From an uncultured virus (IMG/VR IMGVR_UViG_3300017761_005195) (Duplodnaviria; Heunggongvirae; Uroviricota; Caudoviricetes): a stretch of DNA of 64,000 bases. Location of the stretch: IMG/VR virus record IMGVR_UViG_3300017761_005195. One strand, written 5' to 3'. The notes under the pieces were generated by a model. It saw only the letters and a list, made by a program, of their open reading frames with translations, was not told the DNA's origin and made no database searches. Position numbers and translations under genes: made by a program. Below, piece by piece: positions 32,293 to 42,619 of this stretch (position 1 is its first letter; each line of letters opens with the position of its first letter).

Positions 32293-32895
32293 ATGAAGCA
32301 AGATAAAGTTTATAGATTCTATGAATATCTAAAAGAAAACATGAATGATGTTCCTGAGAAGTATGTTGAGAATGTTTTGAGAAAACTTAAGACAAAGTTT
32401 GAGAAAATGTTTTCATTTGATACTGCTGTTGATGGTGAAGTTAAAAAGTTTGGTGAAGTATCTAAGGAAGAAGAAAAGAAAGAAAAAGTTTCTTTAAAGG
32501 ATTTTAACTTAGAGTTACAGAGTTGTGAGTTTTCTAAATATTCTAAAGTATTTGATAATCTTAGAGTTAAGTTTTCTGATGAACAATATTTATATGACTT
32601 ATTAGTAACAATAGATTTAAAGGATGCTGTTCCAACAGATGCTACGAAAGATTTTACTGACGATGATATAAAAACTTGTCAGGTTAAATTCAAGAAATAT
32701 GATGTAGATACATTTGAATTACTTGGGGAGATGACTAAGACAGTTGATGTTAAAGATGTAGATGAAGATCTATTGGTAGAATTGAAGATTCAGATAGATA
32801 AAGAATATGGAGAAGAAGAAGAAGAATTTGAGATTGAAACTGAGGAAGAACCAGGTGAAGGTGGTGAGAATGAGGAAGAGGAAACTACTGAATAA
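32293..32895 (+). CDS. hypothetical protein with acidic tail
   Basis: 200 aa; TAATATATA upstream. Confidence 0.7.
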   Translation: MKQDKVYRFYEYLKENMNDVPEKYVENVLRKLKTKFEKMFSFDTAVDGEVKKFGEVSKEEEKKEKVSLKDFNLELQSCEFSKYSKVFDNLRVKFSDEQYLYDLLVTIDLKDAVPTDATKDFTDDDIKTCQVKFKKYDVDTFELLGEMTKTVDVKDVDEDLLVELKIQIDKEYGEEEEEFEIETEEEPGEGGENEEEETTE

Positions 32896-32903
32896 ATAGT
32901 TCT

Positions 32904-33434
32904 ATGGAATATAACATAGTATCAAATTTAAAATTAAATCAATTAATCAAACAAGGTAGTAAATACTACACAGTACAATTGGGTCTAGCCACCACAAAAA
33001 TCGACCAAGCTGGTGATAGACAACCAAATAGAGATGACCAATTTGCTTTTGTTTATAGTCAATACTATAAGACAAATATACACGGACAAGGTTTCATTGG
33101 TAATATAAGATTTTATACAGACCATCAGATTAAAGATGATGTATTAATCTTTTATTATGAAAGAGAGGAATTTATATTTGAATGGGATCCAATTAAAATT
33201 AGGGAAAAAGGTATTGATTCTTTTCTTGGTGGATGTATTAAGAATATTGAGACTCAGTACAAGGAGAGAATTGAAAAGGCTAAAGAAGAAAGTAGAAAAG
33301 CTGAGGAAGAAGCTAAAAAACCAGTACAGGCTCAAGGAAGTGCTGATAAGATTTTTGAAAATCCAGGTGCTGTAAGTTATGCTGATTTAAAGGCTTATTT
33401 AGACAAACAAAATGCTGAAAGATTAAAAGTTTAA
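32904..33434 (+). CDS. hypothetical protein
   Basis: 176 aa. Confidence 0.7.
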   Translation: MEYNIVSNLKLNQLIKQGSKYYTVQLGLATTKIDQAGDRQPNRDDQFAFVYSQYYKTNIHGQGFIGNIRFYTDHQIKDDVLIFYYEREEFIFEWDPIKIREKGIDSFLGGCIKNIETQYKERIEKAKEESRKAEEEAKKPVQAQGSADKIFENPGAVSYADLKAYLDKQNAERLKV

Positions 33435-33457
33435 TTGAAAATACTAATATATATGTT

Positions 33458-34753
33458 ATGTTACATAGATTTTCAGAATTCTCATTAGAAAAGTTATTTG
33501 AATCATTAATTCTTGAAAGTAAGTTAGAATTTTCAGATAAGTTTAAAAGGGTTTTATCATTTATTCCAAATGATAATGAAATTAAGAATTATATTTTGGG
33601 TATGAGAGGTACTGACCTTACCCTAAATCAAAATTATATTGATGTTTCTGATAATAAAGAAGAAGTTACTTTTATTCAAGATAGAAGAGCTCAACAACTT
33701 ATAAGAGACAACCCACCAGTTTGGAAAACTAATTCAAGTTTGCCAGGTTCTAAGTTTTTAACCTTTAATAAAAATGATCAAGGTGAATATAAAAACAAAA
33801 AAATATTTGATGCTCTTGGATTTGAACCAATGGAACCCATAAGTGAAAATCACCCAGTTCCTGGTCCAAATGTAGTTGGTAAGATATTGTCTGAACACAT
33901 AAGTACTTTGAGTGGCAAAACCTATGTTTTGTTTGCATGGAATGACAGTGGCACTGATAAATTTATTTGTTTGAATAAAGATGCCGTTGATTCATACTCA
34001 GATACAGAAAAAAAGTTATACAATACAAATAGAAACCCAATCAGAATTGGTAGATTAGTTAATTCTATTATGTCAGCAGCAAAAAACCCTGTTACACCAA
34101 AACAAGTTGAAGATTTCTCAAATGCTTATAAATCAGCTTGGGATATGATGAATGATGCTTTCTCAAAGTTTGATGTTGTTAGTGGGTATGTTATTGTTAA
34201 ATGGTATAATCAAAGTTCTTATGAATCAAGTGATTCAACATTAGGTTCTTCTTGTATGCAATATGATGAATGTGAAGACTATTTTGGTATCTATACTGAT
34301 AACTCAGATGTATGTAAATTAGTTATTCTTTATTCTGACAAAGGTTCGAGTATAACTAATGGTAAATTTACAAGTAGTTATATAAAAGGCAGAGCACTAC
34401 TTTGGAAAACAAATCAAGGTGATATGTTTATGGATAGAATCTACACTAATAATGATTCAGATGTAGAACTATTCAAACAATTTGCCGAAAAGAATGGTTG
34501 GTGGTGTAAAAAGACACAGAATTCATCCACTGACTTCACAGCACAAAGGGGTAGTTCATTCAAAGAGCCTACCTATTCAGTGGATTTGAAATGGGCTGAA
34601 CATGAATCTTATCCATATGTAGATACACTCTCTTACTTGAGTATGAACGAATTGGATTCTAGAGATTCATCTGGTATATTATCTAATGATCCTGATTTAA
34701 TCAGCGCTCAATATAGTTTGAGAGATACAGAAGGTGCTAGAGATCCATATTAA
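33458..34753 (+). CDS. hypothetical phage protein (SCM / RALLW / MDRIY motifs)
   Basis: 431 aa, late-type motif upstream, F.EF...E leader. Confidence 0.7.
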   Translation: MLHRFSEFSLEKLFESLILESKLEFSDKFKRVLSFIPNDNEIKNYILGMRGTDLTLNQNYIDVSDNKEEVTFIQDRRAQQLIRDNPPVWKTNSSLPGSKFLTFNKNDQGEYKNKKIFDALGFEPMEPISENHPVPGPNVVGKILSEHISTLSGKTYVLFAWNDSGTDKFICLNKDAVDSYSDTEKKLYNTNRNPIRIGRLVNSIMSAAKNPVTPKQVEDFSNAYKSAWDMMNDAFSKFDVVSGYVIVKWYNQSSYESSDSTLGSSCMQYDECEDYFGIYTDNSDVCKLVILYSDKGSSITNGKFTSSYIKGRALLWKTNQGDMFMDRIYTNNDSDVELFKQFAEKNGWWCKKTQNSSTDFTAQRGSSFKEPTYSVDLKWAEHESYPYVDTLSYLSMNELDSRDSSGILSNDPDLISAQYSLRDTEGARDPY

Positions 34754-34883
34754 TTTTTTTTAAACTTTTTACTTTTCCGCCAATATATTATCTACACACA
34801 CAGAAACTAATATATGACATTGTGTCATATATTTTTTTGTGGCACAAAAATTGTAAATCTTAAAAGAAAAAAAAAGTTTAATT

Positions 34884-36770
34884 ATGGCAAAAGAATATGT
34901 TATCGGAATTGACCTTGGAACAACAAACAGTGCATTAGCTGTTGTACAAGGTGGGGATCCAGTAGTTATCCCAAACGCAGAAGGAAAAAGAACAACTCCA
35001 TCAATCGTTGGTTTCACAGACAGTGATAGAAAAGTAGGTGATCCAGCAAAAAGACAAGCAGTTACCAACCCAACAAAAACTGTTTACTCAATCAAAAGAT
35101 TCATTGGTAAAGACTTTAAAAACTGTACCGATGAAGTAACAAGAGTTCCTTATAAAGTTGAAAACTCAGGTAATGGTGTACCAGGAGTAAATATCGATGG
35201 TCGTCACTATACACCACAAGAAATCTCAGCTATGATTCTTCAAAAGTTGAAAAAAACCGCTGAAGATTATCTTGGTCAAGAAGTAAAGAAAGCTGTAATC
35301 ACAGTACCTGCTTATTTCGGTGATGCTGAAAGAACCGCAACTATTGAAGCTGGTAAGATTGCTGGTCTTGAAGTGGAAAGAATTATCAATGAACCAACCG
35401 CAGCAGCTCTTGCTTATGGACTTGATAAGAAAGGAACTGACCAAAAGATTATTGTATTTGACCTTGGTGGTGGAACATTTGATATCTCTGTACTTGAAAT
35501 TGGTGATGGGGTATTTGAAGTAAAATCAACTGATGGTGATACACACCTCGGTGGCGATGACTTTGATAACGCAATTATCACTTGGATGGTTAATGAGTTC
35601 AAAACTGAAAACAATATGGATTTGAGTAAAGATCCAATGGCTCTTCAGCGTTTGAAAGATGCAGCTGAAAAAGCAAAGATTGAACTTTCTTCTTCTGCTC
35701 AGTCTGAAATCAACCTACCTTATATCACTGCTATTGATGGTGTACCTCAACACTTTGTTAAGACACTCACAAGAGCTAAGTTTGAATCAATGATTGCACC
35801 TCACATTGATAGAACAATCGCTTGTTGTAAGTCAGCACTTAAAAATGCTAAAATCAAAACTGATGATATTAATGAAGTTATTCTAGTAGGTGGTTCTACA
35901 AGGGTTCCAGCAGTACAAGAAGCAGTTGAAAAGTTTTTCAATAAGAAAGCTAACAAATCAGTTAATCCTGATGAGGTAGTAGCTATTGGAGCAGCTATCC
36001 AAGGAGCAGTACTTTCTGGTGAAATCACTGATGTTCTTTTACTTGATGTAACACCACTTTCACTTGGCATTGAAACTATGGGTGGAGTTACGACAAGACT
36101 TATCGAAGCTAACACCACAATCCCTACAAGAAAATCTGAAACATTCTCAACTGCTTCAGATAATCAACCATCTGTAGAAATCCATGTTCTTCAAGGTGAA
36201 AGACCAATGGCTAAAGATAATAGAGACCTTGGTAGGTTCCACTTGGATGGTATTATGCCAGCACCAAGAGGTATTCCTCAAGTTGAAGTAACTCTTGATA
36301 TTGATGCTAATGGTATTCTTTCTGTGTCTGCTAAAGATAAGGCTACTGGTAAAGAAAATAAGATTAGGATTGAAGGTGGATCTCAACTTTCTAAAGATGA
36401 AATCGAAAGAATGAAGAGAGAAGCTGAAGAATTCGCAGAAGCGGATAAGTTGGAAAAAGAAAAAGTTGAAAAACTAAACTCAGCTGACTCTATGATTTTC
36501 CAAACTGAAAAACAAATGAAAGAGTTTGGTGAGAAACTAACTGAAGATGATACTAACCAACTAACCGAGGTTTTGAGTAAACTTAAAACAGCACACTCCG
36601 AACAAAATCTTGAACAGATTGATGTTGTTATGAATGAACTAAATGAGGTATGGCAAAAGATTTCAACTAATCTTTACTCACAAACCCAAGGTGAAACAAC
36701 GGTCGAAGAAGGTGAAACTCCTTCGGACGCATCAGCTGAAGAAGTTCAGTTTGAAGAAGTTAAAGATTAA
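34884..36770 (+). CDS. dnaK: Hsp70 chaperone DnaK
   Basis: [36 protein letters not shown]; full length. Confidence 0.98.
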   Translation: MAKEYVIGIDLGTTNSALAVVQGGDPVVIPNAEGKRTTPSIVGFTDSDRKVGDPAKRQAVTNPTKTVYSIKRFIGKDFKNCTDEVTRVPYKVENSGNGVPGVNIDGRHYTPQEISAMILQKLKKTAEDYLGQEVKKAVITVPAYFGDAERTATIEAGKIAGLEVERIINEPTAAALAYGLDKKGTDQKIIVFDLGGGTFDISVLEIGDGVFEVKSTDGDTHLGGDDFDNAIITWMVNEFKTENNMDLSKDPMALQRLKDAAEKAKIELSSSAQSEINLPYITAIDGVPQHFVKTLTRAKFESMIAPHIDRTIACCKSALKNAKIKTDDINEVILVGGSTRVPAVQEAVEKFFNKKANKSVNPDEVVAIGAAIQGAVLSGEITDVLLLDVTPLSLGIETMGGVTTRLIEANTTIPTRKSETFSTASDNQPSVEIHVLQGERPMAKDNRDLGRFHLDGIMPAPRGIPQVEVTLDIDANGILSVSAKDKATGKENKIRIEGGSQLSKDEIERMKREAEEFAEADKLEKEKVEKLNSADSMIFQTEKQMKEFGEKLTEDDTNQLTEVLSKLKTAHSEQNLEQIDVVMNELNEVWQKISTNLYSQTQGETTVEEGETPSDASAEEVQFEEVKD

Positions 36771-36789
36771 TAGAAACTTCAGTTTTTTT

Positions 36790-36821
36790 GAAAAAATCCC
36801 CAATTTTTGGGGATTTTTTTT
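36790..36821. terminator. intrinsic terminator after dnaK
   Basis: AAAAATCCCCAA-TTT-TTGGGGATTTTT. Confidence 0.8.
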
Positions 36822-36858
36822 ATACGTATGGATACATGATGTTTTGATATATAAATCC

Positions 36859-37176
36859 ATGTATAAGGTTTATTTATTAGAATGTGGTGATAAGCATAAG
36901 ATTGGTTTTACTAGAAACTCTATTGAAAAAAGGATAAAACAAATGAAAACTGGTAACTCTGATGAGTTCAAGATTTTAGGATCTTTTGAATCTAAATGGG
37001 GAACAAAAATAGAATCACATTTTCATAAGAAATTTAAGTTTAAAAAGGTATCTGGTGAATGGTTTAACTTAACTGAAGAAGATATATTAACATTTGAATT
37101 GGAATGTCAACAGTGGCATAATATATTCGAGGATATAGATAAAAACTCAACTTGGGTATTGAACAAATCCTTTTAA
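36859..37176 (+). CDS. GIY-YIG-related (T5orf172/MUG113-like) protein
   Basis: VYLL...KIGFT...RIKQMKTGN, E..FH, GEWF; true start after the terminator. Confidence 0.8.
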   Translation: MYKVYLLECGDKHKIGFTRNSIEKRIKQMKTGNSDEFKILGSFESKWGTKIESHFHKKFKFKKVSGEWFNLTEEDILTFELECQQWHNIFEDIDKNSTWVLNKSF

Positions 37177-37207
37177 TTAATATATAAATTAAAACTAAAT
37201 TATTGTT

Positions 37208-37471
37208 ATGTATTCAATGAAAGAAAGTGCAATTAGGGATTATCTTGGTAAGATTGATTGGAAAAAAGATAACTGGTCTTATGTACGGGTAGAAGAAGAT
37301 ATGAAAAGATTCCTTGGTGAAAGACCATCTCTTGATATTAAATATCAAAAAGATGTTATAGTAAATGAAGTTAGTGGAACAGCTAAAGAATATAAAAAGA
37401 TTCAATCTATATCTGTTGTTTTTACTGACTTAGATGATAAAATTAAAAAAGTTGAAATTCTAATTGATTAA
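37208..37471 (+). CDS. hypothetical protein
   Basis: 87 aa. Confidence 0.65.
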   Translation: MYSMKESAIRDYLGKIDWKKDNWSYVRVEEDMKRFLGERPSLDIKYQKDVIVNEVSGTAKEYKKIQSISVVFTDLDDKIKKVEILID

Positions 37472-37703
37472 TATGCAAAATATAAAAGAATACTACCTAA
37501 TTATTGAAAAAATAATAGACCTACCATCTCCTAAAAGAAATTTAATTATGGATATGTATAGGGATATGGTACATAGATTAGGTGATAAAAGCTCTGAAGG
37601 TATGGTTCAATCTTATTTCAACACACTAGAGATGGGTGGTTATATCGCCAATAGAACCGAGGTTGAAAGACATCAAAAACTTACTGATTTAGTAGATGGG
37701 TGA
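37464..37703 (+). CDS. hypothetical protein
   Basis: 79 aa; C-terminal RHQKLTDLV. Confidence 0.6.
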   Translation: MINMQNIKEYYLIIEKIIDLPSPKRNLIMDMYRDMVHRLGDKSSEGMVQSYFNTLEMGGYIANRTEVERHQKLTDLVDG

Positions 37704-38058
37704 GGTTGAAGTTTCCATACTTGAATATCTTGGTAAGTTTGAACTCGGTATCTTAGTCCTAGTTAGTCTAAGTATAGAAAAAGAATACTACGAAGCTACA
37801 TTCTATTACGACCAAGAAAATATGGTATTAACCATCTCAGAAGAAATGGAAGAAAAATATGGAGATATTAAAAAATATAAACAATATCCCCTTATTCTAA
37901 AATCATTACTAAAAAAAGTAGTACCATTTAACGATATGTATAACAGATTAGATCCTGTTGATTTCTCGAAATGGATTAAAGGAATAATAGAAGTTCAAAG
38001 CCAAGATGTTCCAGAACTTATTAACCAATCAGATATTCAACCATTCTCTGGCACCTGA
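37696..38058 (+). CDS. hypothetical protein
   Basis: 120 aa. Confidence 0.65.
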   Translation: MGEVEVSILEYLGKFELGILVLVSLSIEKEYYEATFYYDQENMVLTISEEMEEKYGDIKKYKQYPLILKSLLKKVVPFNDMYNRLDPVDFSKWIKGIIEVQSQDVPELINQSDIQPFSGT

Positions 38059-39120
38059 TAATCTATAAGTTACCTTCTTTATAAGAAACTTTATAACTTC
38101 CATCTTATCCCTTCCACTTATTACTTGAGTCATAAGACCAAACAATTTATGGTTATTATACTCTAAAGCAAATGATTTTCTATCACCATTATAAGTAGAT
38201 AAAACTCTATCAATCTCATTCGATATATCCATAACTCTCCTATTAGTAGTATCTAAAACTAACTCAACAAACTTTCTGTTCTCAGAACCATAATCTAATA
38301 CAGATAAAACATCATCTATCTTTTCATCAAGAATCATATCTATTAGATAATCCTCACGATTTGAATAATCTTTGAATATCTTATGTAATGAGAAATACCA
38401 ATCAGTCTTTATCTTTACCTTCTGACCATCTATAAACTCAACTATCCAACCCTCAATACCATCTAAGTTATCTTTAAGATTCATTAAATCATTTAAAGTG
38501 AATTTGAATACAGTGGGTTTTGATAAATCATACCCATCTATTGAAAGATACTCACCAGTCCTATTATCTCTTAATCTAAGTAATATCAAATCAGAGTTAT
38601 TATACTTAACAACAACCCTATTCATTGGACCAACATACTCAAATATCGGAACTAAATCCTTTGATATACAATCCTTAACAAACTTATTTATATTCTCATT
38701 AGATTCAAATAAATCCTGAGCCATTAAAGCTTGCTCTGATTCGAAACTCATTTTACTCTTAGCTAAAATCTTACCATTAGGTAACTCTATAAAGTTTATT
38801 ATAGAACCATCTTCCTTTAGATATACAGACTTTACTTTCTTACCTTTTACAACATCAAATAAGGTAGATTCATTTTCATTTATATTGAAGAACTTCTCCA
38901 TTAATATGAATCTCTTATAAAGAGAACCATCTGAATTAAAGACAAAGGTTAATCCTCTTAATTCAAATGCACCATAAGTAACAAAGTCATTATAGGTAGA
39001 AAGTCTATAATTGAATATAGAGATATTATATCCTTCTATGGATAACTTAGACTCATAGAATAAACCATCTGATTTCTTACAGATTTCTAAACAGTCGATA
39101 TAATTAGGTAGGTGAAACAT
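38029..39120 (-). CDS. T4 Rnl1-like RNA ligase
   Basis: ELRGLTF, KFFN, KEDGS (motif I), FEY, EGW, KIKTDWY. Confidence 0.9.
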   Translation of the reverse strand: MFHLPNYIDCLEICKKSDGLFYESKLSIEGYNISIFNYRLSTYNDFVTYGAFELRGLTFVFNSDGSLYKRFILMEKFFNINENESTLFDVVKGKKVKSVYLKEDGSIINFIELPNGKILAKSKMSFESEQALMAQDLFESNENINKFVKDCISKDLVPIFEYVGPMNRVVVKYNNSDLILLRLRDNRTGEYLSIDGYDLSKPTVFKFTLNDLMNLKDNLDGIEGWIVEFIDGQKVKIKTDWYFSLHKIFKDYSNREDYLIDMILDEKIDDVLSVLDYGSENRKFVELVLDTTNRRVMDISNEIDRVLSTYNGDRKSFALEYNNHKLFGLMTQVISGRDKMEVIKFLIKKVTYRLSGAREWLNI

Positions 39121-39187
39121 TTTACAAATATAACTAAAAACTTATATATCTAGAAATAATATAAGTTAAAAACAAATTTATTATAAT

Positions 39188-39601
39188 ATGATCGCACAAG
39201 GAAATACAGTAAATGTTCATTATACAGGTAAACTTACTAATGGAGAACAATTTGATTCTTCTGAAGGTAGAGAACCTTTAAAGTTCAAAGTTGGTGCTCT
39301 CCAAGTTATCCCTGGTTTTGAAGACGCAGTGATTGGTAAATCTGTTGGTGATAAGGTAACTGTAAATATCCCATTTGATCAAGCATATGGACCAGTTAGA
39401 GATGACCTTAACCAACAAGTACCAGTCGCACAATTACCAGAAGGAGTTAAGATTGGAGATTCCCTTCAAGCAATGACTGAACAAGGACCAATTGATGTTA
39501 CAGTAACTGAACTCAATGAAGAATTTGGAGATATTGATGCTAATCACAGATTGGCTGGAGAAGATTTATTATTCGATATTGAAATCGTCTCAATAGACTA
39601 A
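39188..39601 (+). CDS. FKBP-type peptidyl-prolyl isomerase (SlyD-like)
   Basis: VHYTG.L..G..FDSS, IPGFE, AYG, DANH.LAG..L.F. Confidence 0.92.
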   Translation: MIAQGNTVNVHYTGKLTNGEQFDSSEGREPLKFKVGALQVIPGFEDAVIGKSVGDKVTVNIPFDQAYGPVRDDLNQQVPVAQLPEGVKIGDSLQAMTEQGPIDVTVTELNEEFGDIDANHRLAGEDLLFDIEIVSID

Positions 39602-39606
39602 ACTTA

Positions 39607-39641
39607 AAAAAAACCCACCAAAATCTGGTGGGTTTTTTTTT
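39607..39641. terminator. bidirectional terminator
   Basis: AAAAAAACCCACCA...TGGTGGGTTTTTTT between convergent genes. Confidence 0.85.
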
Positions 39642-39654
39642 ATATACATATATC

Positions 39655-41469
39655 TTATCTCACAAATAAAAAGTATGGAGTCCAAAATAATTGACCTTGT
39701 ACTTTTATAGATGCCCTATAACACCAAGAGCCAGCAGAAGGAGGTTGAGGTTGTCCATTTAACTCTCTATCTATTAAACCTGCCTGAGATTCACTCACAG
39801 TTGGAGTATAAGTTCCTCTACTACCACAAGTAGGAATAACAGTACCTGCCATATTACAATCTTGTCCATATCTACACAAATTAATTGCATGTGGGGAAGT
39901 TGATCCAATTGGAATATTGAATTTAAGCCTCCATTTCCCATTTGCTACATAACATACCTGATTTGAAACTAGACTTGTTGCAGTTGTACAAGTCTGAGTT
40001 AATATAGGAGTTCCTACACATCCAGCCGGAGAAGAAAGTGCAGTTCTAGTCTGTATTCCATTGATACAAGAAGACCAAGCGGAATAAGTATAAACACAAG
40101 GAATAACAGGGTTTAAAGTTGAAGATCTAACAGTAAATGAATCTGATCTATGTACTTGACCAATACCTTCTAATTGTACTCTATATCTGTTAGTTCCAGA
40201 TTTTACGATCGTATCAAAACGATTAATCGCAGCAGAACCAACTGAAAAAGATTTAATCTGTATTCCATTCTCAAATAGCCTACAGATTGAAGCTCTACTA
40301 TTTGCTAATATTTCAGTTCTTAAGATAAACCTGTTATCTCTATTCTGTAAAGAATCTACAAATAAATTTGGTGCACCAAGATAAGTACCTGCAATGGTCG
40401 TTGCTTGGTTCCAAGTATTCTGGATTTTTATCCGCACCTTATTTCCATGGTCTGGTACTACACCACCACAATTCTGGCCGTATCCCATTACAAAAGTCTG
40501 AGAACCTCCCTTTGCTGGTGAAGAGGGAGTACAATTCTCACTTCTACAAGAATCTATAGGTGCAAACTTACCCTCATGATTCTTCCATTCACCACATCTA
40601 TGCGTATGCCTTGAACCATCATTGTGTCCTTCTTCATGAAGAACAACCACAGAATGCCATAACTGACTAAAGTTTGTACCATTCATTAGTCTTCTCCAGT
40701 TAGGAGAGATAGCACTTGAGTAGATACAACTTACAGCTACTCTAGCAGATTTATTGTTTAATGCTCCAATATAAGCAATACCACCACCATTAAAGGTTGT
40801 ATTAATAATATGAACCCTATCTCCATTATAGTTGCCATTGTTAAACCAAGATTCAACTGATGATTGAGATAAGACCAAAGAAGTCCTTAAAGAAGAATTT
40901 ACATTTGGACTTGTCCATAGAGAATCAATCTTGTTTTTTGCATTCTTATAAAAGAATACATTAAAAGTCGGATCGATATTGATATCCAAGATTTCTTTAT
41001 TCATCTCCACTTTGTTTTGATGGAGAGCTATTAAGTGGTTCATCATTGCTGTCTCACCACCCTGCTTCTGTATAGTACCAAAATCTACAACATATAAAGT
41101 CTTAATTGTTTTTTGACCTGGAATAATGTTTTGATTCTCAATAGTACTTGATAAAGGTTCTGTATTGATTATTGGAACAAGAGGAACAAACTCCATCTCA
41201 TCAATTGCCGGTATATTTGGTAATTCCAAAGGTGCACGATTTGCTGCCTTATTGGATGGTTCTGGTTCCTCATACCAAGTCTTTACTTTGGTAATCGAAT
41301 CTTCTGTCCAACCAAACCATTTGTTTCCACTTAGTTTAGAAAGATTCCCCCATTTACCTGTAAAAGTCTTTGGTGAGGTTTGTTTTAGATTAAATTTTTT
41401 AGGTAAGTTAGTTTGTGCCTGTGCCATTACTCCTGATAGGAACAAGCAAAATATTAGTAAGTTTTTCAT
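39655..41469 (-). CDS. secreted zinc metalloprotease (metzincin, M12B/reprolysin-like)
   Basis: Signal peptide, GGIAY, HEEGHNDGSRH zinc motif, Met-turn VMGY, Cys-rich WSSC module. Confidence 0.75.
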   Translation of the reverse strand: MKNLLIFCLFLSGVMAQAQTNLPKKFNLKQTSPKTFTGKWGNLSKLSGNKWFGWTEDSITKVKTWYEEPEPSNKAANRAPLELPNIPAIDEMEFVPLVPIINTEPLSSTIENQNIIPGQKTIKTLYVVDFGTIQKQGGETAMMNHLIALHQNKVEMNKEILDINIDPTFNVFFYKNAKNKIDSLWTSPNVNSSLRTSLVLSQSSVESWFNNGNYNGDRVHIINTTFNGGGIAYIGALNNKSARVAVSCIYSSAISPNWRRLMNGTNFSQLWHSVVVLHEEGHNDGSRHTHRCGEWKNHEGKFAPIDSCRSENCTPSSPAKGGSQTFVMGYGQNCGGVVPDHGNKVRIKIQNTWNQATTIAGTYLGAPNLFVDSLQNRDNRFILRTEILANSRASICRLFENGIQIKSFSVGSAAINRFDTIVKSGTNRYRVQLEGIGQVHRSDSFTVRSSTLNPVIPCVYTYSAWSSCINGIQTRTALSSPAGCVGTPILTQTCTTATSLVSNQVCYVANGKWRLKFNIPIGSTSPHAINLCRYGQDCNMAGTVIPTCGSRGTYTPTVSESQAGLIDRELNGQPQPPSAGSWCYRASIKVQGQLFWTPYFLFVR

Positions 41470-41549
41470 ATAGTTATTTTTTTTTTTTAGTTATTTTTTT
41501 TTTATATTATATTTATTTTCTATATATAACATAAAAATAATCGATTATA

Positions 41550-41675
41550 ATGAAAAAATCCACTATATTACTTATTATCCTATTATCTATTGGAATAGTA
41601 CAATCTTGCGGAAGCCCCAAGACCTGCCCTACATATAGTCAATCACCTAAAACAAATACTATCTTTTACATATAA
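41550..41675 (+). CDS. small lipoprotein
   Basis: MKKSTILLIILLSIGIVQSC lipobox followed by CPTY; 41 aa. Confidence 0.55.
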   Translation: MKKSTILLIILLSIGIVQSCGSPKTCPTYSQSPKTNTIFYI

Positions 41676-41694
41676 AAAGAAAAATATTTTAATA

Positions 41695-42408
41695 ATGATT
41701 CATTTCTTTTCCTATGGTAATGATGGTTATAAAAACTCTAAAATAAGAATCCAACAAGAAGCAAAAAATATGGGCTTCGATAAGATTTATATCTATGGAC
41801 CAGAAAACCTACCAAAAGAGTTTTTAGAAAAAACCCAACCACATATATTCCACCAAAGAGGCGGTGGTTATTGGTTATGGAAATCTTATTTCCTTAAACA
41901 ATTAATCGATTCTATAGAAGATAATGATGTAATCATTTATGCAGATGCCGGCTGCCATTTAAATATACATGGTAAACCAAGATTAGATGAATATCTTAAA
42001 ATGATATCTGATCACGAATCTGGTTTTCTTTCCCTAACAATGGATTATTTCTCAGAAGAAACTTTCACAAATGAAATGGTATTTGAACACTTCGGAATAG
42101 ATAAAAACAACCCAATAAGAAAGTTAGGACAATATGTCGGTGGCATTCTTTTCCTAAGAAAATGCCCAATATCAATCGAAATTGTAAATGAATATTATAA
42201 CATCGCAATAACAAGACCAGACCTATTCTCAGATGTTCATAATGATTATAAAAGAACAGAAGTCTTTAGAGACCATAGACACGATCAAAGTATTCTCGGA
42301 ATCCTAAGAAAAAAATATGGCTCTGTTACTATACCAGATGAAACTTGGGATGAAGACTTTAGAAAGAAACTCCACGTTCCAATACTAGCAACAAGAATAA
42401 GAGGTTGA
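41695..42408 (+). CDS. putative glycosyltransferase (GT-A-like)
   Basis: GYWLWK, YADAGC, HRHDQS motifs. Confidence 0.65.
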   Translation: MIHFFSYGNDGYKNSKIRIQQEAKNMGFDKIYIYGPENLPKEFLEKTQPHIFHQRGGGYWLWKSYFLKQLIDSIEDNDVIIYADAGCHLNIHGKPRLDEYLKMISDHESGFLSLTMDYFSEETFTNEMVFEHFGIDKNNPIRKLGQYVGGILFLRKCPISIEIVNEYYNIAITRPDLFSDVHNDYKRTEVFRDHRHDQSILGILRKKYGSVTIPDETWDEDFRKKLHVPILATRIRG

Positions 42409-42418
42409 TTTTTTTAAA

Positions 42419-42613
42419 TCAACCCCTTTTTTTAATAAACTCAACTCCCTCAACCATTACTATCTGACCAACTATTTCTTGACCATCCTCATACTCAATC
42501 CCCTCAGTTATAAAAGTAAATCTCCTAGGGATTAAATCCTTACCAATCTTCTCATAAGTCTTGAAAATCCAAAGATTATCTAACTTGTGTATTAAGTGTA
42601 AAGTTCCTTTCAT
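42419..42613 (-). CDS. hypothetical protein
   Basis: 64 aa. Confidence 0.5.
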   Translation of the reverse strand: MKGTLHLIHKLDNLWIFKTYEKIGKDLIPRRFTFITEGIEYEDGQEIVGQIVMVEGVEFIKKRG

Positions 42614-42619
42614 ATATAA

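Noticed and set aside
34884..36770. Bacterial chromosome origin of the window, suggested by dnaK, nusG and iscA
   Set aside because: These genes lack their usual operon neighbours (grpE/dnaJ, secE/rplK) and sit among T4-like gp32, gp52, gp39, RNase H, Rnl1 and tail-fibre genes.
36643..36858. N-terminal extension of the 36643-37176 ORF
   Set aside because: It overlaps the dnaK end and its terminator; the recognisable domain starts at ATG 36859.
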